Below, in pieces: positions 13,372 through 26,609 of a stretch of 64,000 nt of DNA. The notes under the pieces were generated by a model that saw nothing but the letters and a program-made list of their open reading frames with translations, was not told where the DNA came from and searched no databases. Position 1 is the stretch's first letter, and each line of letters starts with the position of its first letter. Made by a program: the position numbers and the translations under genes. Origin of the DNA: Oikopleura dioica (lineage: Eukaryota; Animalia; Chordata); contig OU015569.1 of assembly GCA_907165135.1 (NCBI GenBank), positions 9,052,001-9,116,000 on the forward strand, given 5' to 3'.

Positions 13372-14620
13372 TTAGCTGCCATCGAAGAAGTTTTCTTTCT
13401 GCTCGTCATAATAGCTTCTTAGCTCTTGAAGGGCCTTTCTTTGGTTCTCTTCGTTAACAATGCTCAGCTCAGGATAAATGCAGTTCCATGCGATGAGAAT
13501 GGCGGTGACAATGGCGAAAACTTAATCTTATTTTGAATAACATTTTAAGCCAGATTTAATTACCAATAATGCAAATCTTCCAAACACAGTCTTCCCATGG
13601 CTTCCGTTTGAAATTCTTCAATGTAAGAAATCCAAAAGTAAGCCCCACAAATGCTCCGCCAAGATGAGCCGCGTAGCTAACTTGTCCCAAACTTTGATTC
13701 ACGTATCGCTGGTATGTCTCATAGACGTCAAAAGTAACATATATTCCTACAGGAAGGAAACGCAAAAGAAAGCCGAACCAGTGCATGTGATCCAAGTTGA
13801 GCATAATATTAGAAAAGCTTGCGAGGATCAAGCAGTAATCTCCGCCAGAACATCCAAGAAGAAGCGTGTTCGTGTTAACGATTCCTGACAGTAATGCACC
13901 AAAGATAACGCTTCAATGGATCAAATCCAGTTTAGACTAGTCCATACTTTTGCTGTTATCAATTTGATATTTGACCCGTTTCCAACTGTGTAAATTATGG
14001 CGATGCGGGTAGTTCCATGAACCATTTCAAGGGGGATTCCGATCAGCAGTTGCATGATGATATTTCCAAGAAGATGAGGAAGTCCGGCATGCAAGTACTG
14101 ATAAGTGAAGAAACGCCAAATTTCGTCACGTTCGTCAGGGTCAAATATTAATGGCGATTTGATCATTTACCACTTTAGTCGGAGAAGCTCTTGAAAAGAA
14201 GAATAATCCTTGTAGTACTCGCAAAAAATCGCAATCTGCAAGATACTAAGATCTTGTTATAAATCAATTATTAGCAACTAATCAACCTTGATCCAAGAAT
14301 AAAAATCGGGAAGGAGCCGGTTCCTTCGTCACAATTGGGAAGACAACTGTATCGTTGATAATAGTACTCATAGTCATCTTCGTTCATTCCAACGATTCTT
14401 CCCGCTGTTTTTGACATCGACTGCTCGAATATTTGTTTTCTTGTTCGAGGTTGTATTTCTCGAACAATCGACTCATCGTTTCTCTGGTTCTGTTCAAGAT
14501 CATCGCTATTTTTGTCCCTATGAGGCGGTCTTTCTTTATGTTCCGAAACAATTTTTCTACTTGCGTTCCCGTTTGAAATATTTATCAAGAACAAATCTTT
14601 CAGCATCGATCTCTTGCATT
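13372..14620 (-). CDS. Rhomboid intramembrane serine protease (RHBDL-like); start approximate
   Basis: EIWRFFTYQYLHAGLPHLLGN, catalytic GCSGG and SYAAHLGG after splicing; stop at 13372-13374. Confidence 0.88.
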
Positions 14621-14762
14621 TCCATATTTTTTATAAATGCAAAAATACTAGAACTATTCGTCACACCCCACTTGAAGGATTATCACATGAACAGTATTTT
14701 GATGCTCTTTATAACTTGATTAATGAATTAAAATGTAAAGGAAATATTTATTCACAGGATAA

Positions 14763-15823
14763 TTATGAAAGGTTCTTCTTTTGGTATTCCATTGATATTT
14801 TGTGCAAGTTAGACTCCACTCGTTTCAACCGATGAGTCCACTGAACATGCCATTTTATGATGTTGCACTCGCCAACACGTCCATGAATGAGTTCTTCCAT
14901 TCTTGCTGCCCACTCCGTAGTATTCGTGATTCCTGATTCTGCAGTACTGATAACGTTTTCGCCGCCACCTTTCTCCTGAATGCACCGCTTGAGACTTTGA
15001 TTTTGGATCTTGGTGCCGCAAATATGACGTATAAGACGGTTTATGTCTTGAACCATCGAACTGAATACATAACTACAGATGAAAATACGCTCAAAGTACC
15101 GTATAATCCAGCGACTTGGATCAACGCCCACTTCAGCGAGAATCTTTTCAATTGACCCGCCAAAGTACTGTATACAAAGTTTCTTCGGAAACGAGGATGC
15201 CTTCGATGTCGAAAGTGCTTCCTCGACTTTGAAAAATTCAATATCATCAAAAGTGTCTTCGATTTCAAAGAAGAGCATCTCGGGTGCATGCTCGAAGGAA
15301 GCAATTTGGGCCTCGGAAAATTGCTTCTCACTTTCGTTTTCAGAGAAACATCTATATCCAACTCCTTTGAATTCTTTTGTGACTATTATATTGGCACATT
15401 GTTCGGAAGGAGTACAAGAGTGTGTTCCGGCGAAGCATTCGTTGATGTCATGGCAAGTGTAGCCGTAAAAAATCATTCCAGGAGGGCATTTGCATCTTTT
15501 TCAAGGTTTATGCAAAAAAGAAACAGGAAAACACAATTTACAGATCGATACCTTATCCTGTAAGTACCTCGCTCGTTTTTGCATTGAGTTGATTCGTCAC
15601 ATGCGTGTATATTTTCAGTGCACTCATCTATGTCAAGACACCTTCTCCTTGTGCTGGCTTTTCGACAGAAATCTTCAATTTCATATTATACCTATCTATA
15701 GTTCTTCTTTATGCAAAAATTCTCTGAGTTAAAGCCTGTCTCTGATAGAAAAAAGCCTTTTGGACACGTTCTTCGAGCCAAGGCCAGCGAGAAAAATGAA
15801 ATTCGCACAATTTTCAGCCGCAT
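14763..15823 (-). CDS. Secreted protein with two calcium-binding EGF-like domains and an unrecognised C-terminal region
   Basis: Signal-like MRLKIVRISFFSLALA, then CLDIDECTENIHACDESTQCKNERGTY-CKCPPG and TCHDINECFAGTHSCTPSEQCAN. The last exon is the 237-aa ORF 14763-15476. Confidence 0.7.
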
Positions 15824-16257
15824 AAAGACCGTTATTAGACACGACTTTGTCTTGTCCCGCGTTTTAAGGCGGTCTCAACGACCTTGAAGAACATGATGTT
15901 GGAAAAGGGCGCCCAGGTCATGTTTAGAACACCTCTGGTCTTATGAGATTGGTTAGAAGAGCATAAATGGAATTTGAGGAAAAGTGAAATTTTACGGTTT
16001 TTTCTGGCCGAAGAAAATGATTAGCCGCTTGTTTAAGGTGTTACGTCTGGGAAAACGAGTGATCGAGAAAAGAGTTATGAACCCATTTGACTTGAATTAT
16101 ATTTGAGCAATCAATAAAACCGCCTTTTCAGATTGAAGATCGAGGGAAATGTCCCGCAAAGACATCAATGGGCGCCTCTTCCGGCCAAAACTTCACTTAT
16201 GCTATTTAATAAAATACAACTACTTTCATCGTTCATTAAAGCGTCTAGCATTCTAAA

Positions 16258-18552
16258 ATGACCACCAAAAAGCGAGGAAAGAGAGAAGAGGTTCTGTACT
16301 CTCCAGAAGACGTCCCACCATGGTACATGTGCATCTTGCTTGGCATGCAGCATTTTCTAACCTGCTTAGGCGGCACAGTTTCAATTCCTCTCATATTAGG
16401 AAAAGTTCAATTTCAATAAAAAAAGTAGATAAATTGCTCAACAGACAATTGAGGGTTTAACACAGACGAACTTTTTGAAGCACCAGCTTTCTGTCTTGGA
16501 AATGACAATGAAAGCAACCTGGTAAAATCGTATCTAATGTCGACTCTATTTGTTGGGAGTGGAATCTGTACCATGATCCAAGCTACTTTTGGAAATAGGT
16601 TACCCATTCTTCAAGGAGGCACATTTAGTTTTCTGACGCCCACGTTTGTCCTCATGGGAACTGCACTTTTCAACGTAATCATTTTCGATAAAAATGATCA
16701 TTTATCAGATTCTAGTGCGACAATGTAAAGCCTCTCTCATGCGTCGACAAGACAGAGACGAATATTATGAGTTCAACACTTTTTGATTTTGAAGGGATGA
16801 AATGCTGTGAAATCGAAACTGGATGCGAAGAACTTTTCAATAATCCAGCGATAAATGAGACCTCTGCGATGAAGTATTTCCGGGACGTTGACAACGATGG
16901 CAATCCGACGATTGTTTCTTTTGAGAGAGTATGGCAACGCCGTGTACGAGAAGTTCAGGGTGCCATTATAACCGCTTCTCTGGTAGAGCTATTCCTCGGC
17001 GCCACAGGGCTAATCGGCGTTGTATTGACATTCATATCGCCACTCGCCATTGCTCCCGTCATCACTCTCGTCGGCCTAACACTTTATGTTCCAGCGATAG
17101 AACACGCAGAAGTCAACTGGCCAATCGCTATTTTGTCATTCATCCTCGTCACTTTGTTCAGTCAATACCTTGGGAAAGTTCAGTGGCGGATCCCTTATAT
17201 CAAAAACAAAAAACTTGCCTGGACAAAGTTTCCCGTTTTTGAAGTCTTTCCTGTTCTTCTTGGTATGAGCTTTCGGCAAAAAAGGGAGTAACAACGCTGA
17301 TTTTAGGTCTAATAATTTCATGGGGCATATGTGGAATTCTAACTGCTGCTGCTAATAATAATCCTAGCATGACAAAGGTAACCTGATATTGAATCAAATT
17401 TACATGATATCGAAAAGCTTAACGATCCGACTCATTTCTGGTACCAAGCAAGGACCGATATCAAAGCACAAGTTATTGGAGATGCTCCTTGGTTCAGGTA
17501 CGCACTTCAAAAGTTCCAATATCTATCAATGCGATTAGATTTGTGTATCCATTCCAATGGGGAGCTCCGTCTTTTTCCGCTGCCGGTACTGTTGGTCTAT
17601 TGTCAGGCGTGTTCGCTGGCATGCTGGAGTCAATCGGCGACTACTATGCTGCAGCGGATATTGCTAATATACCTCCACCACCTGTACATGCAATCAATAG
17701 AGGTTGACTCAAATTGTTATTTTTAACATAAAAATGTGAAGGGATAATGATGGAAGGAATCGCATGTGTCATCGCTGGCTCTCTCGGATCTGGAAATGGG
17801 ACAACAACTTATTCAGAAAACATTGCAACCCTAAGAATTACAAAATGTGCATCGCGGTGTATGATTCAAACTGCCGCTTTGATTTTATTTATTCTCGGCT
17901 TCTTTGGAAAATTCACTGCTTTCTTCACAACGTTACCTGAACCAGTTATTGGCGGACTTTACTTTGTCATGTTTGGGCTCATTTCTGGTGTCGGAATATC
18001 GAACTTGAAATATGTGGACTTGGGATCATCAAGAAATGTATTCGTCTTTGGGTTTTCAATATTCCTAGGACTTGCCTTGCCGTTTTGGTCAGAGCGCCAT
18101 CCCAACTCTATCAACACTGGATCGACCGGTCTCGATCAGGTAAAATAAGAATAAACTGCCGAATTCAAATTGTGCAGTATTCTATCATACATTCAGGTCA
18201 TTGTTGTTCTTATGTCCACTGCACCGTTCGTCGCAGGAGTTGCTGCTATCCTGCTCGATAACACTATTCCCGGAACTCGGCAAGAAAGAGGATTAGCATC
18301 GTGGAATTCCTCTGCGGAATTTAAGGTTTTTAAGTTGAATTCGATTGTCATAAAAGATTGATTAAGGATGAGGATTTTCAAGTTTATGACATTCCATGGC
18401 TCAGATTCATAACAAATATCAGCTGGATGAGACACATCCCTATTTCTCCTGCATATCAGCCAAAACCTTCTGTTTGGCCAAGAAAAGTCTGTCCTTGCTC
18501 TCAAAAAGATGAAGACGTTGAAGAATGCATAACGAATAAAACCTCACTTTAA
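16258..18552 (+). CDS. SLC23/NAT family nucleobase-ascorbate transporter
   Basis: [41 protein letters not shown] and NAT-signature region [16 protein letters not shown]. Glu rather than Pro at the first signature position suggests nucleobase rather than ascorbate specificity (inference). Confidence 0.9.
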
Positions 18553-18716
18553 AAGATACTTCACCACACGCTACATGGATTCAAAATATAACTGGCCTTT
18601 TTCTACGAAGCTATATCAAGTTTATTTCTGTAGAATTCTTTAATATGGATGTTTTCGTGACGGGTGGTAGGTTTCCCCTTTGACGAAATCGCGCAAATCC
18701 TTGAAAATCGCAAGTT

Positions 18717-19739
18717 TCATAGATAGGTTAATTTAAAATTTACCCTGAAATGGGGATATCGTTGAATCTTCCGCGGGAACGCACTGCCGTCCCATTTTCG
18801 CATGTATTGGCAGCAATAACTTTTCTTCTTGTGAGCGTCTAGAGCGCCGATCTTCTTGAAGAAAGCGTACAGTCGTTTATTCTCGCTCACCCAGTGCGGC
18901 AGATTCGGATACTTTGGATCGCGGTTGCGCGTTTCTGGAATCGCTTCTAATCTTCGTCGATAGCGGCAGTAGTAACGTCGAGGATTGAGATTTTCTGTGA
19001 CGAAGCGAAACGTTGATTCTCTTTGGTAGAAATAATGAAATGCGTAAATCAACAGTTATAGCAAGAATTTCAACCCTTAGCCAAAACAATCATCAAAGGA
19101 AGGCCTATTATGAACTATTTTTCGGAAGTTGTAATAATAGTCTTTCTCCTGTTCAGTAAAGATCATCTGAGGAATTGGCTCAAGGCGAGGATCCGCTTTT
19201 TGAATTCGACCACCATTTATTTTCCCATTTTCGATCATCGAGTGCTGCGTTCCACTGCTTGTCGGAAACTGTTCCCAAAGCGCAACATCTTATTTAGATC
19301 TACACCTCTCATTATTATTCAATTTGCTAAAGATTGTGATTCCTGTCCTCTATACTTCCAAATATTTTCCATCCGCTGTTGATTCTCGTCGGTATTAACG
19401 GCAAGTCGACGCAAGATCCACTTCATCTTCTCCTCCTTCATCCCTTCCTCATTTTCCTCGTTATTGTTGTCGCCACCGAAAAAGTCATCTTCCGAAGAAA
19501 TGACTCTGGACAAACTCATATTTTCCAACTCCGCGGAGAGAATTTCAGCGTAAAGAATGCCATCGTCCTGAGAACGCGAGAATGTTAGGACTATCTACAG
19601 TAGGCTACGTATATCTGGTCATCAACGCGACAGATAGCATAAAATTCTCTTGAGTTACCTTTGGGGCATTTTCCTCATCAGCGGTCTCTGCAATTCGAAA
19701 ATTAGAATCCTCGGCGGATTTAAAATTTGGTACCGCCAT
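18717..19739 (-). CDS. Hypothetical protein (multi-exon, no recognised domain)
   Basis: Exons MAVPNFKSAEDSNFRIAETADEENAPK, DDGILYAEILSAELENMS... and ...RNRDPKYPNLPHWVSENKRLY... linked by plausible GT-AG introns. Confidence 0.45.
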
Positions 19740-20349
19740 TTTAAAATTGTAAATAAATTTTCTGAGTTGTGCCCGTTTAGGCCCGAGTCAAAGCGATTCT
19801 ACGACCCGAAAGAGAAGAAGCATCTACGCCGAGATTTCATGAAAGCTCCTGGTTGAAAATGAGTTTTCAAATCTATTTCTGTCGAAATACTGCTTTCTGT
19901 TATAATTCTGCATGAACGATAAGGTTAGACTGCTATTCTGCGCACTATGCAAGAACAAAACAATTTTCACTACTTTAGTCCAATAACCGGTAGTTTTATT
20001 GATGGAAAGTTGTGGAAATGTACGTATTCAACAAGTAAGGTATTATATAGGTGTTTATAATAATAATGAAGAAATTCGTCAGCAGAGTACTAAAATAGTA
20101 AACGATAAGAGAAGTAGGGATCATATGAGAATGGAGATAGGCCACCGATAAGAGTTTTGAAGAGCGATAACCGGTAATCCTGAAGGTCATCTTTCTGAAT
20201 GTTAGATGCGGATAGGTAAGAGTGTGTTCTTGAAGGTCGTCGGCACAGAGCATGGTTTGTTCTTACAAGCGAGAAGAAGCGTATCCTTTGGTAATAAAAA
20301 TGTATCCGTTACAGTAATGGCACACAGAATTAGATGATTGCCACGTAGT

Positions 20350-23300
20350 TTAATGAAGAAGTTTCTGGGTTAGAGTAATTGACACACCATTTCTTTGATG
20401 TAGTCTTTGTTCTTATTTATGTACTTTCGGGTGTCCCACATCAGCTAAAACGATTGCTAGATTTGGCTTGAAGCAGTTAGATTACCTGGAAAAGTTTTGT
20501 GTTGTCGGTCTCGTCTAGCTGAATATCCGCAGACATTTGTGGATTCAGACGATAATAAGCAGTCCCGAGTGCGTCGCAGAACGATTGAGCTCGACGCTTG
20601 AAACGCATTTGTTAAATTTGGGGAACGATAAAAACGATCTTACCACAACCCATCTGTCGCATTCGCAAACCGTATCGACGAACATTTTGGCTAATTCGAC
20701 CGTCGCCGTCAGTGATTTGTAAGCTTCAAGAGCATTCGTCGGCCAAATTCTGTCTGTAGCACGGCTTTTCACTACAGGTTGGTTGCCAGTGCCAAGAGAG
20801 ACAACGATTTTAATGGATTCTTTGCCAGTGTCGTCGGACTCAGGGGTTTTATTGTACTCATTCACTTCGCGGATGATTTCAACGAGTGCGTCAATTGTTG
20901 GATTGTTGGCGGCGAGACCTCCGTCGAGGAAACGCCCCATTGCGGGGAAGAATGTAGGGGCTGCTCCAGTGCAACGCGCCGCTAAATTAGCTGTAAATAT
21001 TAATTATACACCGTTTCTTACCTTTCCAGACTTCGTCATTTCTATGCTCGATCGTTGGTTCAAACTTGTGCTCTCCATCTGTCGTTTTTGGGAGAAAGTT
21101 GTCAACTTTGCCAGCTGGAATAAAATTCCTAAACCAGAAAAGCTCCGCTGGCTGACGATCAGCAAGCATCGAGGTAACGAGAACGCGGGGCTCGTTGATA
21201 TCGAGCATTTTTTGTTGTCCGTAAAGTTCTTGTAAGGCAGATTCCAAAGGCGCTTCGTGATAAGGACGCTTCCCATGAAAACAGTCATCTTTTAGCTTTT
21301 GCGAGGATAAGAATGGCTCATAAAGATTTTCTAATTGGAATGATACCCTTTAGATAATTATAGCATCGCAAACATCAATCGAAACGAACTTTATCCGCTC
21401 CTTGAGGTAGAATCGTTGAATATCTGTTGCTCGATATTTTTGCATGAGACCGAGGGCGGCCATTCCTCCAGTTGAAGTTCCCACAAGATAATCGAAGAGC
21501 GTATGTATTGGCCGTCCGGCTTCTTGCTCGATTGCAATCAGAAGCTGCGTCAGAACAAGTCCCCGAATTCCACCACCATCCAATGATAGAATACGCAAGT
21601 TTTTCCGCAAATTATGTCGGCTCGATTTTGCTTCCTTGAGATCTTCTATTTCATCCATCGATTTGGCACGAAGGGGTGCTATAAAATGGACGGAGAAAGG
21701 CTTCTATTTAGTTTTGATTGTCTAATATATGATATATTTTAGATCTTATGCACTTTTCCCATCGTTTCCTTCATGAGCTGACACCGACGATTTGACAGAA
21801 CGACAGGATTCGCTTCGACTTACAGTAAGAGAGTACGAGTTATTGTGATTTATATCTCCAGACGATGAATTAATGTTCGACGGATGGAGAAACTCCTTTT
21901 CTTTGGCTTTCTGTGGAATGGGGGACTCTGGTTCGACGACCATCGCACCGACTTCGTGTAAGGCAACTAGAATTTCTTCTTTTGAGCTTTCTTTTGATTC
22001 AAGCGCGACAAGTCCTGGAGTCTTTTTGTCATCATTTTTCATTTGGTAGTTAGCGCCGAATAATATCAAAGCCTAAAGGTCTAATTAGTTCTTATTTTCA
22101 ACTAATGAAAGGTTACCTTGATAAGCTGGAGATTTCCCGAAAGAACCGCAAAGTGAAGAGGAGTATTTCCGTTTTCTCCGACTGCATTGACATCGGCACT
22201 ATGCAAAACGAGCTCATATGCTGCTTCTGTTCTTTGTTTTTTGATCATGACATGGAGCGGCGTTGATTTATCCGCAGATACAGCATTTACTAAGGCACCC
22301 TTTTTCGTTAGAAGTCGTATGTCTTCCTAAAATGGAGAGTAAGCATTGCAAAATAATGTATGAAAACCTTTGTCCTGGACCAGTGAAGAGGCGTTCCACC
22401 ATATTTTTCATCACACGCGTTGATTTCATCATCGTCGTATGAAAGAACTTTGTCTAATAGATCTACTCTTCTTTTTTCGTCACCGTTAGCATGCTTGAGA
22501 ACTACTCCCCAGTAACAATTTTAGGGTAGGGTGGGTTGCGTCATTTCAGCGCTGCGCTCCCGGTACAATACCTACCACACCGCCCGCAGCAAGCGCCTTT
22601 CTCAAAAAGCGCAATCTCTATTGGATTTTACGCTCGCTGCGGGCGGTGTGGTAGGTATTGTACCGGGAGCGCAGCGCTGAAATGACGCAACCCATCCTAC
22701 CCTAAAATTGTTACACGGGAGTAGATGAGCCAGTCTACCAGTCGCACTTGAAACGCAAGGCTGAGCTCCAGCATCAAGAAGACCATGAAAGAACTTATCT
22801 TTGCCTTCGATTGTGGCCTTGTGCAGCGGGTTTTGACCTTCATTATTCAAAATATTCATTGCCGGGTCGGGTCGTTCGATCGGAGCTTCATCTATTAGGT
22901 ACTGGAACCATGGATAGCCCTCGTCTGGGTCTCTGAATTATTCTGTGACTCTTGTGAGTGTTTATGATCAGCTACCTTAGAATGTAGTGATAAATCGTGC
23001 ATCCCTCCGAATCCTGAGCAGTAGTTTTTGCGCCAATTGCAAGTAAATGTTCGAACATCTCTCGTTTATTCTGAGCAACTGCAAGATGTAGTGGAGTTCT
23101 TCCCAAAGAATCGCCATCACCGTAATCTAACCGTTTCGTTGGAGGCGAGTTTACTGAAATTTTACGTTGATTCAATTTGAAAAGAATTCAAGCTTACCGG
23201 ATAAAACAGCTTTAATAGAAACATCCACAGCAATATGAGCAGAACTCCAGCCTTGTTCTTTTCGTGCAGAATTTAAAACAAGTTGAACAACTCCCGCATT

Positions 23301-23784
23301 ATAAAGACTTTGAATGTCCAACTCGTAGAGAATAAGTGCCAAGCGAGAGAACTCGTTGAGAGCTTCGGTTTCTTTCTGCAATGGAAGACGGAAGAATCTG
23401 ATTACTTGCTTTGTCGCTTGTCTGAGTATCGGTGAGAACTCTTGACTAAAATATAATTTTCAATATATCTTATATAATATATTTTAATTATTCTCAAACT
23501 GAATTTTTTGCAGTTCTCACTATCCTTGGATTTTGAAGATACGCGTCGAACCATTTCTCAGACTTTATAAGATGAATGTGTTTAAATGACTCGATAACAA
23601 TTTCTTTCTTCTCAGTTTGACTGTTTTTTATATTCAAGAAAGTTTCGTATTCTCTAGTTCCAAGTTCATAGGCAGTATACGGCTGATTAATAAGTTCTTG
23701 CACAGCAAGCACACTTCTCTGAGCAACTTGTGTCAGACCATCAGTAACATCTTGCCGTATTGAGTCGAATGTCTTTTTTAACAT
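20350..23784 (-). CDS. PLA2G6: Calcium-independent phospholipase A2 (ankyrin repeats plus patatin domain)
   Basis: Ankyrin repeats ([17 protein letters not shown]), [15 protein letters not shown] nucleophile and [12 protein letters not shown] catalytic Asp motif. Confidence 0.9.
22505..22721. mobile_element. 217-bp foldback MITE with TA target duplication (Tc1/mariner-type ends), in a PLA2G6 intron
   Basis: About 85-bp near-perfect inverted arms: TA|CTCCCCAGTAACAATTTTAGGGTAGG ... CCTACCCTAAAATTGTTACACGGGAG|TA. Removing it restores a ~57-nt GT-AG intron. Confidence 0.85.
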
Positions 23785-23969
23785 TTTCGAAATATCGAAT
23801 TCGAACGTCTCTCAAACTCATCAAATCACTAAAAAAAAGTTTCTAATATTTTAATTTTCCCATTTTCACTTGATCGAAACGAGAGACTCAAACTCCGCTC
23901 CGTGATTGGCCGGTTTGAAATAATTGGAATTTATTTTTCGGCGACCTGGTTAAGATTTATTTTCATATA

Positions 23970-24130
23970 CAGTGGGTTGCGCAGTTGGTTGCCCCTTTGT
24001 GATTGCAGCTTTGGTTGCCCCTTTGCCCGCGCTTTTTCTATTGTTCCTTTCTAGACTCGCTCAAAGTGATTGCAGGATTGGTTGCCCCTTCACCCGCTCT
24101 TTAGGGGGCAACTACCTGCGCAACCCACTG
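23970..24130. mobile_element. 161-bp Tc1/mariner-type MITE upstream of PLA2G6
   Basis: TA|CAGTGGGTTGCGCAG ... CTGCGCAACCCACTG|TA, with three internal TTGGTTGCCCCTT repeats. Confidence 0.8.
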
Positions 24131-24235
24131 TACATCAATCATATATTGACAATATCGTTTACTGTAATGTCAAATTGTAACTAAAAGAAAAAAAAAATAA
24201 TAAAGATGTCAGTTGATAGTTGCAAGAATTAGAAG

Positions 24236-26152
24236 CTACATCTTTTGATGTTTGTCTGTCGTTGTCGTAGGTTTCGGTCTTCGCGATTTTCTCATCGATT
24301 CTGAAAGAGTGTTGCCAGCGATTTGTTGATGCGTTTGTGTTTCCCGTGGTGCAGCCTCAAGTTTTTGTCTAGATAAGAAGTTTATTTTTGGTCATACTAC
24401 TTAATAAACTTTTTCAAATATGCGATTTCTTCCTTAAGTCGTTCGTTTTGGTCATTTAATAAATCACGAAATTTTTCGGTTTGCTCGTGGGCCGTCTTCA
24501 GATGATTATATTCCTTCCTCAAATGGTCTCTTTCATCTTTGTATCGTTTCGAATTTTCTTTTTCGGACGCCAGTTCATCGTATTTCTTATCAAGCCGATC
24601 ATGTATGTTTTTTAGCTCATCTTTGTATGCTTTTTCACTGCCCCTTGCATTCTCCTTGAGATCTGTAAATTTATTTCTAAGCTCATCTCTTTCCTCTTTG
24701 TATCGTTTAAGTGAATCCATTAAAGTAGATTGCGCCTCGATCTGCTTATAAGCTTCTCTTAACTGATCTTGACAGTCAATTAACTCATGCTCAGCTGATG
24801 TTTTCGAAGATTCAATCATCAGAATTTTTTCAGTAGCATTCGATTGATCTTGCTTCAGCGAATCAATCTCGCCTGATTGCTGGCGAATAATTTCAACTAA
24901 TTCATCGACTCGTTCGTTTAATTTTTTCGTTTCATTCTTATTAAAGTTTTCAAACATTAACATATACTAGTTGTCATTAAAATGAAACCTTTAAAACTTT
25001 CCTTAGCGACAAAAATTTGTCTTTCCTTATCTTTTAATTCTTCTTTGTCTGATCTAACTGCGAGGCTCTTCTGGGTGCTCTCCCTCTTTAGTGATTCGAT
25101 CCCATCCATCAGATTTTGGAAAGCGTTCTGCATAGATGCTTGGCATTTATCAAAAGTATCCATAGCGTAAGAAGATGTTTGCTCGGTTGATATCACTTCG
25201 ATAGGCGAAAATCTAAGACTGCATTAGTACCAACGATTAAATATTATGTCTTCATATGAAATAAAAACCTCACCTTGAATCATATTCTTGATTATATGTC
25301 GGAACATCCTCTGGTCTTTTTTCAGACGGTTTATTATTTTTTGCGCTTAATTTCAATGTAAAGCAAATAAAATCTTCAGAAATTAATACCTTGAGTGATT
25401 ATTCTTCATTGTTTTCAAAACAGTATCATGCTGGCGTGTATTTTCAATAGGACCGGGGGGACATTGATCCGTATAATTTCCATTTATGTAACTAAATTGT
25501 CCTTCTTCAAAATTCTTTTTGATTTCAAAATTTTTGTGATTTAATATCAAAATTCTTCGGATTTGAAAGGTCAGCATTGTTATCTTTATGTTTCTGGAAT
25601 TTTTGAAAGTTCCTTGCTAGGATATTTCAGTTGATCAGGTGAAGGATTTGAAAAATGAATTGAAGGGTTATCATTAGAATAATCTTCATCTTTTGAGTTC
25701 GCAGTTCCCTCGTCCTTTGAATTAAATGTATCTAAAGGTGGGTACATTTTGTCCTCAGGTTGTGTCGGAGGATTTTTCACCTTATTCCCCTTACTGGAAT
25801 CAAAGGAATCATTTGGTATTCCAGTCCTCGATTTATTATTTTTATTCATGCTTCTGTCAATATCATGAGAATGGCGACCAAAATCATCATAGGTAAGAAA
25901 TTGCTTGCATTTTGTTGATAAACACGAGAAGACGAGTCTAGATATATCATTTTCGATTCTCTGGAGCGCTTTCGATCCCCTTTTGATGTTTGCGGAACAC
26001 TTAGAGACCGAACAAATTGAATCTGGGTAATTTTCGGGAAGACAGGCATCACAGAATCGTCGTCTACACTCCTCCGCTTGTCGCAATGATTGTACGTATT
26101 TCGGGATAAAATGAACATATAATGATCTCGGAATGTGCCTTAAATGTCCCAT
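24236..26152 (-). CDS. Protein with a degenerate RING plus zinc-finger N-terminus and a long coiled coil
   Basis: CRRRFCDACL...CSVSKC and FSCLSTKCKQFLTYDDFGRHSH, then heptad-rich exons (ORFs 24397-24963 and 24957-25196). Confidence 0.6.
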
Positions 26153-26609
26153 AGCTCTTATGACTATAAAGATCAATAATAAAATAATATGTAATGATCA
26201 AAAATACGATATTTGAAAGATGATAGTCGGATATTTCAATTATATTTACCCGCATTTTACACACGTATTTTTGAAAGTACTCTCTTTTTGATCGATCAAA
26301 AATTTTTTCGGAATTCCTTTCTCGTGCTCTCGGCCCGCCATTGCAGAATGAAGCAGATAAATATCAAGACTGGGCATTTTCCCTTTTGCACGACGCAGTG
26401 CAAACATTTGTGTTTGACTTAGAGGTGTTGTATTTAAACATGATATTGCTTTTTTTAATGCGTTTTCCTATCAATATAATAAACATTTTATTATTATAAT
26501 TACATTATTATTTCCTTTTTTAAATGTCTTTTTTATCAAAATTGTTTATTTTACATCAATGAGCAGTGAAAAATGAGTAGCAAGAAAAAATTAAATCTGA
26601 GACATCTTA

